A DNA stretch of 64,000 nt from assembly GCA_964016885.1 (NCBI GenBank), contig OZ024740.1, forward strand, positions 55,862,001-55,926,000, written 5' to 3'. This DNA is from Eledone cirrhosa. Taxonomy: Eukaryota. Numbering within the stretch: the first letter of the stretch is position 1; each line of letters begins with the position of its first letter. The notes under the pieces are model-generated. The model did no database searches, was not told where the DNA came from, and saw nothing but the letters and a program-made list of their open reading frames with translations. Shown here piece by piece: positions 42,909 through 57,441 of the stretch. A program made the translations under genes and the position numbers.

Positions 42909-43565
42909 TATATATATTTATATATGTAAAAGGTAAACAGACATAACACAATCGGTACAGTATATGTAAGGGATATATTAGGTTAACGCTTGATAGAGCA
43001 GGAAGAGGGTCTTAACGTTTCCGACACTAGTCATATATATATATATATATATATATAACAAAGGAATTGTGGTAAGGAACCAGATGGACCATAACCCACC
43101 AGAGTACTCAATACTTAGGGTAGTAGAGTGGGAAATAGGAAAAAGTATGACCCCGACGGCAGAGTTCAAGCCGTTTCGACGGCTTTAGCTCTGCCGTCGG
43201 GGTCATACTTTTTCCTATATATATATATATATCTTCGTTTTTTATATATATATTTATATATATATTTATATATATATATATTTATATATATTTATATATA
43301 TTTATATATATATTTTTATATATATATTTATCTTCGTTTTTTTCGTTCATTGCCAGAGAACGTGTCTATGAACTACTTAAGAGAACATTAGTCTACGACC
43401 TCTTTTATACCATAAACGTGGTTCTGTCTTTGCGCGTAATTGTTTTTCTCCGCACCTATTAATGCCGTATCTTATTCGTTTTTTCCCGTTCTTTGCCAGC
43501 GAACGTTTCCACGAACCAAAATATCGTCTTCCTGTCTTCCTCTGCGTTTACAGATTGACTTTGTT

Positions 43566-43616
43566 AGTTTCAGAAGATCCCGTTAAGGGTGAAAGCAGCG
43601 ATTCTTTGCTTAAACT
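43566..43616 (+). ncRNA. Second copy of the CAGAAGA hammerhead variant
   Basis: AGTTT-CAGAAGA-tCCC gttaa GGGt-GAAAGCA..TGCT-T-AAACT. Confidence 0.6.
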
Positions 43617-43652
43617 TTAATCTGTTATATTAATAAATATATATATATATAT

Positions 43653-44173
43653 ATAAATGGAATAGAATGAAACGAAATTTCATTCCTCACTCTTAGTACG
43701 ACACTTACTTAAATGCAAGTATGTATGTATGTATACGTACATACATATATGTATATAGACGTATAGTAGTATGTATATATATACACACATGCACGCATAT
43801 ATATAAGCATGTATCGGTTTACCGAACATGTATTATAATGCTCGGTTTGTTTGTAAACAAACAGCCCGAATTACGACGTACAGTGTTTAGGCAACCACGT
43901 CACCTTTTTGCTCAACACTGACACAAGAACGATGTACTGGTTTCAAGCTTATTAGCTATCGTCAGCATCGTATACCTTCCTGCCAGATGGTTGAACGTCT
44001 GAAAGTATATACTTTCCTTATGCATATTAACGGCTGAGCAGTCTAATTTGCATATCGAGTGAGTTCAGTCGGCCGGGCACACCGAAAACGATAAATGGAA
44101 TAGAATGAAACGAAATTTCATTTCTCACTCTTAGTTCGGCACTTACTTAAATGCAAGTATGTATGTATGTATA
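43653..44173 (-). mobile_element. Terminally redundant non-coding element (438 bp unit plus ~80 bp direct repeat) with a hammerhead
   Basis: ataaatggaatagaatgaaacgaaatttc... at 43653 and 44091; (TA)n flanks. Confidence 0.85.
43930..43970 (-). ncRNA. Minimal hammerhead ribozyme motif with canonical core
   Basis: CGATG-CTGACGA-tAGCT aata AGCTt-GAAAC-CA-GTA-CATCG. Confidence 0.9.
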
Positions 44174-44181
44174 CTATATAC

Positions 44182-44491
<310 letters not shown>

Positions 44492-44575
44492 ACATGTATA
44501 CATCGCTATTTCAGAGCACCAATATATATATATAAAATAAAATAAAATAATAAGCTATATAAAATAAAATAATAA

Positions 44576-44646
44576 TGCTATATATATTTCGGTGACAGTC
44601 ATCTTTGGCTGTGACAGTCATCTTTGGCTGTGACATCTTCAGGCAG
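44576..44646 (-). ncRNA. Hammerhead motif (family H) with a 19 bp duplication in stem II
   Basis: TGC-CTGAAGA-..(gtcacagccaaagatgact)x2..-GAAA-TATATA-TA-GCA. Confidence 0.75.
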
Positions 44647-44765
44647 TCCGAATTAGTGTGGTAGAGACGAGTACACATGTTGTTAAGGTGTTTAACTTTG
44701 TCAATACTCTGAGTCCAGAAATAGCCGTCGAAACGGCTTGAGCTCTGCCGTCAGGGGTCATAATT

Positions 44766-44843
<78 letters not shown>

Positions 44844-44869
44844 AGACCCCTACGAAAGACCATGGCATT

Positions 44870-45072
44870 TGCACCTAGAAGTTCTCAACCGGGCATGCAA
44901 ATCTCCCCTCTCCAAGAGAAAAGCTAAGGTCGATACAGCTTGGCATCAGTGACACAGCAACCCTTTCTACAGCCGAGTAAACTGGAGAAACGTGAAATAA
45001 TGTGTCTTGCTCAAGGACAGAACGCATTACTCGGTCTGAGAATTGAACTCGCAACCTCACGATTATATGTAT

Positions 45073-45075
<3 letters not shown>
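44870..45075 (-). mobile_element. SINE family B
   Basis: Minus strand: gagttcaattctc B box, then tgtccttgagcaagacacattatttcacg (V-SINE-like central motif). Confidence 0.75.
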
Positions 45076-45107
<32 letters not shown>

Positions 45108-45768
45108 TATATATATATATATGTATGTATGAATGTATGTATGTATGTACGCTCTTAAGAGTCAATGGCCATCCAACATCACCGGGAGAGATGACTCCTT
45201 AGCCTCTATCAAGGCAGAATTCTAGAAGGAAAACTCTGATATAACACCTGCAACCCCGATGTTGTCCAATGATGTTGACTTGTTTTTTTGTTTTTTTTTT
45301 GGTAAATATCATCTTGGTTAAGAGAGTGGGACTGGCTTTTTGCAGTGCCTTTGCTCAATATAAAAGCTTCACGGCATATGCATTGCTTTATATCTGGAGA
45401 TTTCTCTGCACTTGTCGTCACATGGTACCATGGGCCCAGCACTATGTGTTAATAGTTGTCACAAGTAGTGTTTGTACCAGAGTTTTCAAGTCGCTGGCTG
45501 GACTAAAAATCACACTCGTTCAGTGCATCGGTAGGGGTTCTCCTACATGGATATAAAGTAGTGGCCGTACTCGAAAACGAGTTGGCAGCCATCATGTATG
45601 TATGTATCTGTATATGTATTTATCGAAAACTGGTGGGTTATTTCCGTAATACTAGAGCACTAAGTCCTTTGTACGAATTTGGTTGAAGTAATTCCACAAC
45701 AGATAATTCACCATTTCCGAGAAAAATTGTTTCATCTTACTCGGATAAAAAGGTTGGTTTAAACCGAG

Positions 45769-45807
45769 CGAGTTGATGATCCGACTAAGGTGAAATAATT
45801 GTTCTCG
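45769..45807 (+). ncRNA. Minimal hammerhead motif within fold-back element 45692-45833
   Basis: CGAG-TTGATGA-tCC gactaa GGt-GAAA-TAATTG-TT-CTCG. Confidence 0.7.
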
Positions 45808-45838
45808 AAAATGTTGAATTAACTGTTGTGGAACTAAT

Positions 45839-45937
<99 letters not shown>

Positions 45938-46503
45938 CCTTGAGCTATTTTAATTATAGGTGACTTTTGTGAGTTTTTAACTTAATATATACATTTGATA
46001 AATTTGCTCCATCGCTTTTGTTGAGCTTTTATAAATATATCGGATGGTCCTGACATCTATTTTTCTAGTAACCTTACTTTCTATTCGATCCGCCTGGCAC
46101 ATTATTTCCATGTACTCCCTCGTTTAACGCTCCTGTTATTTAGTATACTACCAAACATAGTAGTGAAGTGAATATTGATGTGGTATCCTTTGAGAATCCA
46201 CACCCCAATAACTCTCCTCACTGAATTTTCCGAAACAGTTCTACTCACAAACTGTCCAGGTTCTTGATAGTTATCATGGTAGATTCATTTTTCTCAATTC
46301 CTCCTCTTGATTGGCTTGTGTGAACCATACTATTCTAGTCAATATTTCCTTTACCCAAGCGGTCTATGTCCCTTGTGATTTGAACACATACAGTTATATA
46401 TCTGTGTTCGGCTCTCCTTACATTATTATAAGGCTGGGGAAAATGTTTCTCCTTGAGCTATTTTTATAGAGGACTTTTGTGTGTTTTTAACTCAATATAT
46501 ATA

Positions 46504-46546
<43 letters not shown>

Positions 46547-46758
46547 TCCAGGTGGACCATAACGCACCAGAGTACTCAATACTTAGGGTACTAGAGTGGG
46601 TAATAGGAAAATGTATAACCCCAACGGCAGAGCTCGGTACTCGAGTACAGAAATAGCCGTCGAAACGGCTTGAGCTCTGCCGTCGGGGTTATACATTTTC
46701 CCATATATATATATATGTGTGTGTGTGTGTGTATTGAGTTAATATATATATATAAATG

Positions 46759-47102
46759 ATAAATTACACAATAATCAAAGCTATGTTCAAATCATTTTAT
46801 TGCTGACAATCGTTTGGAACCATCGGAGCAGTAGCAATGTCTGTACATATAATTAACCTCCTATTCAACTGAACATGTCGTATAGATGCATGGACATTAA
46901 TGTTGTCAACAACAGTTTCGAATCTACAACTATTGTTGACAACATTAATATCCATGTATCTATATGATTGTTCAGTTGAATAGGAGGTTAATTATATGTA
47001 CAAACATTGCTACTGCTCCGATGATTCCAAACTAAAGTTTGGAAGAAACGATTGTCAGCAATAAAATGATTTGAACATAGCTTTGATTATTGTGTAATTT
47101 AT
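46759..47102. repeat. ~160-175 bp-arm palindrome containing a hammerhead
   Basis: Arms 46759-46917 and 46928-47102 are near reverse complements. Confidence 0.9.
47014..47060 (+). ncRNA. Minimal hammerhead motif (CCGATGA core)
   Basis: TGCT-CCGATGA-TTCCAAAC taaa GTTTGGAA-GAAAC-GATT-GTC-AGCA. Confidence 0.8.
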
Positions 47103-47224
47103 ATTCCGGCTCTGTAAAACATCTCATGTATTTACATTGAACTATTTTTCTTACTGGTAATAAGGTAGTAATAAATTACTGACCTTTCCTGTTTATAGTT
47201 GTATATAGTGTATACATAACTATA

Positions 47225-47290
<66 letters not shown>

Positions 47291-48520
47291 AAGGATGTGT
47301 GGTAAGGAACGAGGTGGAGCATAACGTACCAGAGTACTCAATACTTAGGGTAGTAGAGTGTGTAATAGGAAAATGTATAACCCGGACGGCATAGCTCAGT
47401 ACTCGAGTACAGAAATAGCCGTCGAAACGGCTTGAGCTCTGCCGTCGGGGTTATACATTTTCCCGTATATATATATGTGTGTGTATATTGAGTTAATATA
47501 TGGGTGTGTGTACAATGTACATTGTACACACACATACACACACACATATATATATACATGTATACACAAACACATATATGTGTGCTGGTGGGTGTGGGTG
47601 TGTAACTACTAAACATCTACAGCCCTCACTCCCAGCATTTATAACTTTGTAGTATGCACTATACTATCGCTAAAGATCTTAGTTGCTTATGTCACCTTGG
47701 AATAGGCACAAATACCCTCTCAGCCCTCTCTCGCTTGATCCAAGTGATGTCACAGGAGTGGGAGGTGAATAGCTAATTGAGGAAAGAACGTATTTCATAA
47801 GTAGGGAAAAGATATCTTTGTTTGACTGAATAGCGAAATTATATTAGCAAAGATAACTTCAGCTTGACTTCATAGTAAATGCAATAATTTCTTTTCTTTG
47901 GTTAACTTCATAGCAAAACATGAATTTGGGATTTTTATATAGATTTTCAATGTATCCTATCGTTTTCACTGATAAGAATAATCTGTTTTCATTCTTTAAT
48001 ATCTTACGGGAGAATCTTTACATCATTACTCGACCAGCTAGACATAGCTGCTTGAATAACGAACAATTTTCAACGAACTGTTTGGAGAAAGTAACGATAC
48101 ATTGTAACGGTACATATGAGTTGTTGGTAATTTTTTTTAATTATTTGGTCGTCCGTCGGCTCCATAACACAAAACGTAAAAATTGAAACATTATCTCATT
48201 AAATCCGTTTATCAGTTCAGACTAGATAACAACACAGAATACTATGTATCGTTATAGCATGGATTCCAGTTGGTAATGAATGCATTTTCTACTCTTTTTC
48301 CTGATAATAGGCAAAGGATGGCTAACTGCTATTAAACATTTCTTTAGCGGAGCTGCTACTGTTGAGCACTTTGATCATTCTGTCACTGTGTTAGTCGTAC
48401 TGGTCGTACATTTGTTGTGTCAAGTAAAAATGTAATCATTTTGTCTGACTCACTCCCTTAATTTGAGCGTTCTTTAACAATATTTCTTCTTCTTCTTCTT
48501 CTTCTTCTTCTTTATTGTTA

Positions 48521-48552
<32 letters not shown>

Positions 48553-48554
48553 GT

Positions 48555-50930
48555 TCTTTGAGTCTCAGTCATTGATGTTAGTTAACTGGAAAGTTTGTTG
48601 AAATGAATATCAAGCCGCTACCTGCAGCCTCAGATATTCAGGACGTATCGGAGGGTTCTTGCTGTTCCCAGCAAGCATGCCTTTTGAAGCGTTCCAAAAA
48701 GCGTGAAGAGGCCAATTTTCTTTAACCATCCCTGGAAACTTTTTGAGATAGTACCCAGTGCGCCTATGACAATCGGGACCACTTTGACTTCATGGCAGTT
48801 CCAAATCCTTTTTACCTCCCACTTTAAGTCCTGGTATCGTATAATTTTTTCTCCCTCTCCTTCTCTTGCACTCTCGTGTCGAATGGGCAGGCCACATCCA
48901 CAATCAGGCACGATCTTTTTTCTTTGTCCAAAACCACCAGGTCAGGTCTATTGTGTTCCAGTTTCTTGTCCGTCTGTATCGTAAAATCCCACAGCACCTT
49001 CACCTGATCGTTTTCTATCACCGACTCTAGCTTATGCTCATACCACTTCTCAGAATGTGGTAAATTGTTTACTTTGCATAGGTGCCAGTGGATCACCCTG
49101 CCAATCACATCATGTCTCCAGCCCTTATAGTGAGTCTTGGCTAGGTGTTTACACTCGGATACAATGTGAGCCACAGTCTCCTCTCTCTCTCCACAGATCC
49201 TGCAGAGTGGGCTAGCCTCTTCCTTGTAAATATGGTGTTTCAACCACTTCGCTTTGAGAGCCTGCTCTTGCGCAGCCATTAACATTCCTTCTGTAGCCTT
49301 TTTAAGATCTCCTCTTTTCAACCAGTTCCATGTCTGTGAATCTCTGAATTCAGTTTTCTCAAAGAAGGTACTATGAAGGGATTTTTCCTGAAGGCTGCTC
49401 TTTCTCCTTGTTGTTATTTCCTCCCTGGACATCCCCTGGTCTATTCTCCTCTCCTTCAGTACAGTTCTGAGCATTGGCTCCTTACTATCAGTCACGTATT
49501 TGTGTAGGTTGTTTTTCTCCATCTGAACACAGTCCTCTATGCTGATAAAACCTCTTCCACCTTCAGATCTCCTTAAGTAGAGTCAATCGACATCACTCCT
49601 CTTGTGGAACATATTGTAGATAGTGAATAATTTCCTAGTCTTCCTATCCATTTCTTTTTGTTCAGCAACATTCCATCTCAGAATTCCCGCACTGTACCTA
49701 ATAATAGACACAGCTCGGGAATTTACTGCACTTATGGCATTCCTACTGTTCAGATGTGACTTTAATACGCTCCTTACTCTCCGAATATATTCAGTTCTTG
49801 ATGTCATCAGCCTCCAGAACACCCAAATACTTGTATCCTTCTTCAGTGTCAATTTCCTTTATCATCTCACCTGTTGGCACCTGGATTCCGTTGCTTCTGC
49901 TCAATTTACCCCTCTTCATCACAAGGACTCCACACTTACTAATACCAAATTGCATACATATATCATTGCTCAAAATACGGACAGTGTCAACAAGCACATC
50001 CAACTCCTTCTCGCACTTCCCAAAGAGCTTAAGATCGTCCATGAAGAAGAGGTGATTGATGGTAAGCTCTCCCTTTCCCAACTTGTATCCTGCTCTCACC
50101 TTTCGCAGTATAATGGTCAGGGGCATCAGGGCAAGGACAAACAACAGAGGGGACAGACTATCTCCCTGGAAGATACCTCTCTTGATCTTCACGCCTCCCA
50201 AGGATTCTCCAGCTGATGTTAACTCTGTTTCCCAGGACTTCATACTTTTGCCCAACAACTGTCTGATGTTATCTGCCACCTTGAAAATCGCTAGGCTTTT
50301 GGTGATCCAAGAACGAGGCACCATGTCAAATGCCTTTTTGTAGTCTATCCATCCCATGGCAAGACCAGTGTGTCTCCTCTTGCAATTCCTCATTACCATC
50401 TTATCAATAAGTAACTGGTCCTTTGTACCACGGGACTTCTTTCGGCATCCTTTCTGTTCATCCGGTAACAAGTTGTTTGTGTGGAGGTGATGGTAGATTT
50501 CCTCAGACATAATTCTTGTCAACAGTTTCCACATTACGGACAGACATGTGATAGGTTTATAGTTGGTAACATCATTACCCTTGATTCGGTCCTTCATTAC
50601 CAGAACTGTGGTACCTTTTGTCAACCACTCTGGTACCTCACCTGACATCAAGCAGTCATTGAACATGGTTGTCAGTTTCGGGTGGAGAGATGTTATACTT
50701 TTAATCCAATACCCCTGCACACCATCTGGGCCTGTGGTTAGTTTTTTGGCCTGCCCCTTAAGAGTTTCAACTGTGATACTCAAGTCAGTTTGTTGGTGTG
50801 CCTGTTCACTAATCTCCTTCTGTACTGTCTCAATCCACACTGCCTGGTCATTATGTTTAACATCCTGCTCCCATATTCCTCTCCAGAATGTTTTAGTTTG
50901 TTCCGCCTCAGGGATCAAGTCGTTGCCTCT
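48555..50930 (-). mobile_element. 5'-truncated Dong/R4-type non-LTR retrotransposon (RT plus restriction-like endonuclease), frameshifted
   Basis: WIDYKKAFD, GIFQGDSLSPLLF, HLFFMDDLKL, YKYLG; CRICGEREETVAHIVSEC, RHD, RPDLVV..IVDVACPFD; (TTC)n(ATT)n on both flanks. Confidence 0.93.
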
Positions 50931-50945
50931 TTCTTCTTCTTCTTC

Positions 50946-50998
<53 letters not shown>

Positions 50999-52131
50999 GT
51001 TATTGTTGTTGTTGTTGTTGTTGTTATCATTATTATTCGTTTTCGTCTTCTTTTACTCTTATTCTTATTCTTGTTATTTTTCGTCGTTGTCTTCTATATC
51101 AATTATTTTCCCCTTCTATTCTCATTTTCCCAACCAGCATGTAGATTCGTGCGCTGATGACACCACTGAAAATGTCCGCATCTATTCGCGACTATAATAT
51201 AATGTAATAATTGGTTGGGTGTGTAGTTCATAAGAGGGGAGAATGTGGGTTTGGTGCAAGAATATATTCGCGTTAGATTTGATCGAAGTATTTCCTTGGA
51301 GAGAAAATGGGCTTCTATTGGATCAGGAATTCAGGAACCCATAGTAGTGGTCATTTAAAATGGCACTGAGTTATTGCCTTAACCTGTTTTTCTTTTCTCA
51401 TGCAAACGTGCTTCCATTCCTTCTTGAAATAAATATACGCCTCACTTTCTCAGCATCCTTGCTCTCATACACTACCTAGACTATACAAAATAGCATACCA
51501 AGTCCTTCTGTCACTCACTATGTAATTATATATATCCTGTATTCCTTCCTAGTTGCATTATTTCCAATAAAATTTGTTCTATGAACAATTCCATCATTCC
51601 ATTCTGGTTGACCCCATTCGATATTTATTCCAAATACCATCCAGAGACATTAATGAGTTGGCTCCGACAATTATCAGAAAGTCACGATAAGTTTTCCTAT
51701 TCAGTCTCTCTATCAATTTTAATTTCGTTCTCTCTCTGTTTCCTCCATATAATTCCACACTATCTATCTCAGTCATACACCCACATACTCGCTTTCATTC
51801 AATCACAAATACGCAGTCTCTTTCTCTCAAATACACATTCTATGTTCTGTTATTACTTATGCGAAAATAGGAAAAATCTATCGTGTGCCAAATTCTAGTG
51901 TACCTATTAGATTTCAACGATATTGTTAGCGTATAAAAGAGATGATACTCTAGAATGCTATGCGTTCACAATTACTACTTATGTTCCCCAAAAGTATCTG
52001 AAGTGGCGATATTAAATTGATAATCACGCAGGGGCATTAACAAATTAATAGATATGGGATCAGCAAATAATGAAATCGAGACTGAAATGATAGGGTTCAC
52101 CAGAAAATCATTTAAGATACGCACACACACT

Positions 52132-52602
<471 letters not shown>

Positions 52603-52938
52603 GTATATACTTAGTGTAGTATAATTTGGTAAAAGATATCCAAAGTTGGAAGAATACTCAATCAGTGGGACGCGTTGTGGTATAGAGATGTTAATTAAAC
52701 AAACTAAGTTTCATTGGGTGCCGCTTTCAGATATTTCTGAATCAACCCATGAATCAATGGCTTCTATTTGCGTCTTCAACATAGGCTTTTAATTTAGGGG
52801 CTGATTCAGAAATATCTGAAACAGCGAGTGAGTTTGAAATTAGAAATAGAAGCTTTCGCCGTATTTTTTTACTAAATAATGTTTAGCCTGATAGTGGTGT
52901 TTAGAACCCTCTAAGAAATGGAAAAAGATTGGTATTGG

Positions 52939-52990
<52 letters not shown>

Positions 52991-53219
52991 AATAAAGATT
53001 CAGCGAGAATCGCATTTCGGCGGGCAGGAAAAGCGAAACGCAAAAATTAGAAATGATACTGGCAAAGTGCTCCATAGTTAAAAACCAGAGCTAAACAATG
53101 TGTTAAGAAACCATACAAAACTGAAAAGGTGCTCAAGAAGGCATTAACCACCCAAGCCAAAAACCAAATCAAGCTAAACAGGTCAAAACAAAATAAATGC
53201 TAAAAAATAAATGATAACC

Positions 53220-53279
<60 letters not shown>

Positions 53280-53982
53280 AGAGAGAGAGGGAGAAAGAGA
53301 GAGAGAGAAAGAAAGATAAAGAGACATAATATCAGTGTATATACGAGCGTGTAGGAATTATACATCATGTATATCATCCTATTCAATCATTCTATTCATG
53401 ATGATCGTATCATTGAAGGATCTTCTATTCAAGGACTCGACCTATTAGAAATACCAGTCATATCTCTGTGAAATCAGATCCTACCGTCTTAAAAGATCAA
53501 AATACCCAATAATAGATGGGATCGATATGAATAGTATGCCTTTGGTCATTGGTATAATCTAGCAGACTTGACCTGAGGTTTTATAAAAAAAATAGTACAA
53601 CCGTTATATGACACACCTTGTATTATTGATTCTTTGTTTCCTGCTACTTCATCAGGGATCTCACTTAAATTTATTTCATCTGAGTTTTATTGAATATGTA
53701 CAATAAATTTCGAAAATAATGATCGATAATTGTTTTCAGCAGACAACATTATCCAGCTTCGAGACTGTAACTCACAGTAGCGTATCTTTAACGTCGTAGG
53801 TGGAGTTCTCTCCTGGGACCTAGAATATTTCAGTGAACACATCACCAAAATATCCAATTATATTGTTATAAAACAAGTTTCACTTTATTTCGTTTCATAT
53901 ACATTTCGCTTGATTGTTTGAATGACTTCACCACAATCAGTATAGCTTCCACTTTTCTACACCTTGCACACTTTATTCATTA

Positions 53983-54020
<38 letters not shown>

Positions 54021-54693
54021 TCTCTCTCTCTCTCTCTCACACACACACTCTCTCTCTCTTTCTCTCACACACACTCTCTCTCTCACACACACACACCCTC
54101 TCTCTCATACAGACACGCTCCCCCCTCTTTCTCTCTCTCTCTCTCATACACACACATTCCCTCATACACACACACACTCCCTCTCTCTCTCTCTCACACA
54201 CACACACACGCTCTCTCTCTCACACTGTCTCTATCTCTCTCTCTATCTATCTATCTCTCTCTATTGCTCGCTCGCTTGTTTATATTGTTCGATGCCTAAT
54301 CTTTATACAATTCTATTCTCTACAGTTTCTTTATTCTTCCTTACCCGCCTGTTCCACTCGCAAATTTATCTGTGACTTTCTCAATATAATTTCTGTACTT
54401 CCAACCTTATCTCTATACAACTTTCATTTTCATTTGCAATATCAAAATAGAGACCTAAATTTTTATGAATGCTCAATGTTTACTTCTTAATATGCTATTA
54501 AATGTTCTGCCAAGTAATCAGCACCTCTTAAGAGGAAGCCTTTTACATGGCACGATAACTGTGACGGTGTGAATACATTTAGAAGATTTCACGTTCTTTG
54601 CCCCACTTAATCCGTCTTTACAAACGAAGACAAATTGCAGATAGCAAAATATAGATTTGCATAAATAAATACGAGTTCATATGTAAATATTCG

Positions 54694-54882
<189 letters not shown>

Positions 54883-54900
54883 ATATATATATATATATAT

Positions 54901-54961
<61 letters not shown>

Positions 54962-55234
54962 CATGTTCATTGTTCGAAGATCGGGAATATCACCGATCAG
55001 GTTAGTACTCAATGCATATTTGTAAAATAGGTATATCTGTTCGTGATCTTTTCCAAACATTGTTCTCCGTCAAAACGTATTAAATATATGCTACATTTAG
55101 AAGTAATTAAACCGAGCTGCACACACTGAGACTCTATACGATAAGTCGAACCAACAGAAATAGAAACCAAATCTCACTCAAATCACACCCAGCTAACTTA
55201 TATATATATATATATACGAGATTTTCATATAAAC

Positions 55235-55314
<80 letters not shown>

Positions 55315-55532
55315 GTATATACTGCATATGAATGTGTATGATATATATATATATATATATATATATCATGGTTGGGGTGGGCTTATAATCCTGATATTAA
55401 CGGGAGAAACTGTTAACTATTTACAAACTTTACGGATATTTAGATATTTCTGAGGATTTATTCCCTGACATAATAGTGGTTGGCTAACAGTGACGGAAAC
55501 GCATGAGAAGAAAGAAGCGAGCGTATTTATCC

Positions 55533-55726
55533 CAGAGCTTGCAACCCTCCGCGTTCGACGGGGAGACCTCCCACCTACTTTGGGTGGGTGAGGGATGTCT
55601 TCTCTTGTGAAAATGGGTATAACTTTCATTATATAAAATCGACCTATTTTGCCTCCTTTCTCCCCGTTTTGGGGCACCATTTTTCATGGTACTCCCCGTT
55701 TGGGGTTTTAGAGGTTGGCAGGTCTG
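55533..55726. mobile_element. MITE-like element with imperfect 14 bp TIRs and a 6 bp TSD
   Basis: TTATCC|cagagcttgcaacc ... ggttggcaggtctg|TTATCC. Confidence 0.65.
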
Positions 55727-56654
55727 TTATCCGTAAACAAAATTATCCAACGTAATGATAGTACCTACACTTGGAACTATATTAAGAAATAAACTTATAT
55801 GAAAACAAAATATCATTCATGTGTTACATGGAAACATAAACCCACAAATGCAATTCTTACCCCATATAATTGTGATATTTATTTATGGGAGTTAATAGAT
55901 GCACTTTTGGTATATATTATGTTATGCAGTTGCCTCTGTACGATATACACAAATATTAAATCCTCGTGTATTTCTGATGCTGAGCGGATAATTAATTATA
56001 TAAGTGGTAGTATATATAAATCTCAGAGATTCTTTTCCCCCAGGAATCGATATAATATATTTATCCTCTTTTTTTTTGTTCAGTTTACATGTAACCAACA
56101 TATTTATACACATTTTCATAGACACAGTTATCTCTAGACTGTATATATACTATATATATATAAAGATTTACCGTAATATAAAGATTTACCGTATATATAT
56201 ATATACAGATATATGGGCATGTCCAGATATGGTGTATATGTTTCGATTATGCACGTTTTCCTGATGCCGAAGTATTATGTGTGTATTTGTGCGTGTGTGA
56301 ATACATTTTTTGTATTTTTTACTTTTTTAAAGGGGACAAAATGTAAAATCGATATAAACTATATTTATATCGGCAGGAAATGGAACTGCCTAGAGGTGGT
56401 GTACTACATATTGTGCTTCATTATGATACCAGCAACACCAGTAAACACATTTTTCCAATGCTTCTGTACACAAAATGGATGGTTTGTATAAATGAAGAAA
56501 TGGATGTGTATTTGTCAGACAGTTGGTTTATAGATTCATTTGCCAGTCTTATATTAAAAACAATATAGACTAGCATGACCTAACAGTTTTTTGTATCCTT
56601 TGTGTCTCCTTGTTTACGTGTTCATATTACAACATTTATGTTATATAGAGAGAA

Positions 56655-57093
56655 TGCATATTTCGGAGATCAGAGATCCGCTCCAGATTGGGCCGATACT
56701 TTACCGAATTGAGAGATCACCGCTCCGATATTCCAGATATGTGGTTAGAATGTCTCAGGAAAGAATCATTTGAAGGATCTTACAGTCAAAACCAACTGGT
56801 AGGAGACCCAAGAGGAAACCCCCGAGCTAGCCGGTTGAATAACATCCATGAGATCGGCCAGTCTCGCTTGGGATACTGGTAAATCAATTAGAGGTTGGCC
56901 CTGATAGGAGCCGATGGAAGGCGTGCTTCAGCAGACGTCCTACACAACACTCCCAGGAATATGTGGACGAAGAAGAAGAAGAAGAAGAAGAAGAAGAAGA
57001 AGAAGAAGAAGAAGAAGAAGAAGAAGAAGAAGAAGAAGAAGAAGAAGAAGAAGAAGAAGAAGAAGAAGAAGAAGAAGAAGAAGAAGAAGAAGA
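56655..57093 (+). mobile_element. RTE-clade LINE 3' fragment with long (GAA)n tail
   Basis: LYRIERSPLRYSRYVVRMSQERI..KPTGRRPKRKPP; (GAA)n at 56968-57093. Confidence 0.8.
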
Positions 57094-57310
57094 ATTTAAT
57101 AGCAGTTTGAGTAAAACTTCAAATATTTTCCGATTATATGGAAGGTATAAAAAGAGGGAACAGACATAATTTTAGGGAGGCTTATAGTAGCAACAAATCC
57201 GAAAATGAAGTATTTGGTAATTTATTCTAAGGCGAAATGATGAAGGGCCAAGACAACATCATCAGGATTTGAACCCGGAAATGCAATAGTTCCCATTCTT
57301 TCTATAACAT

Positions 57311-57343
<33 letters not shown>

Positions 57344-57400
57344 ACGTGGGAAAGTAAAACATCGGAGAATAGACCGTTAAAACATGTTTATTTAAAATAT

Positions 57401-57441
57401 CACCTACGTACGTTTCGCCCAGTTGGGCTTCTCAAGGGCAT
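57401..57441 (-). ncRNA. Hammerhead motif with U3-A8 covariant core in the PLE 3' pLTR
   Basis: CC-TTGAGAA-GCCC aact GGGC-GAAAC-GTAC-GTA-GG. Confidence 0.75.
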
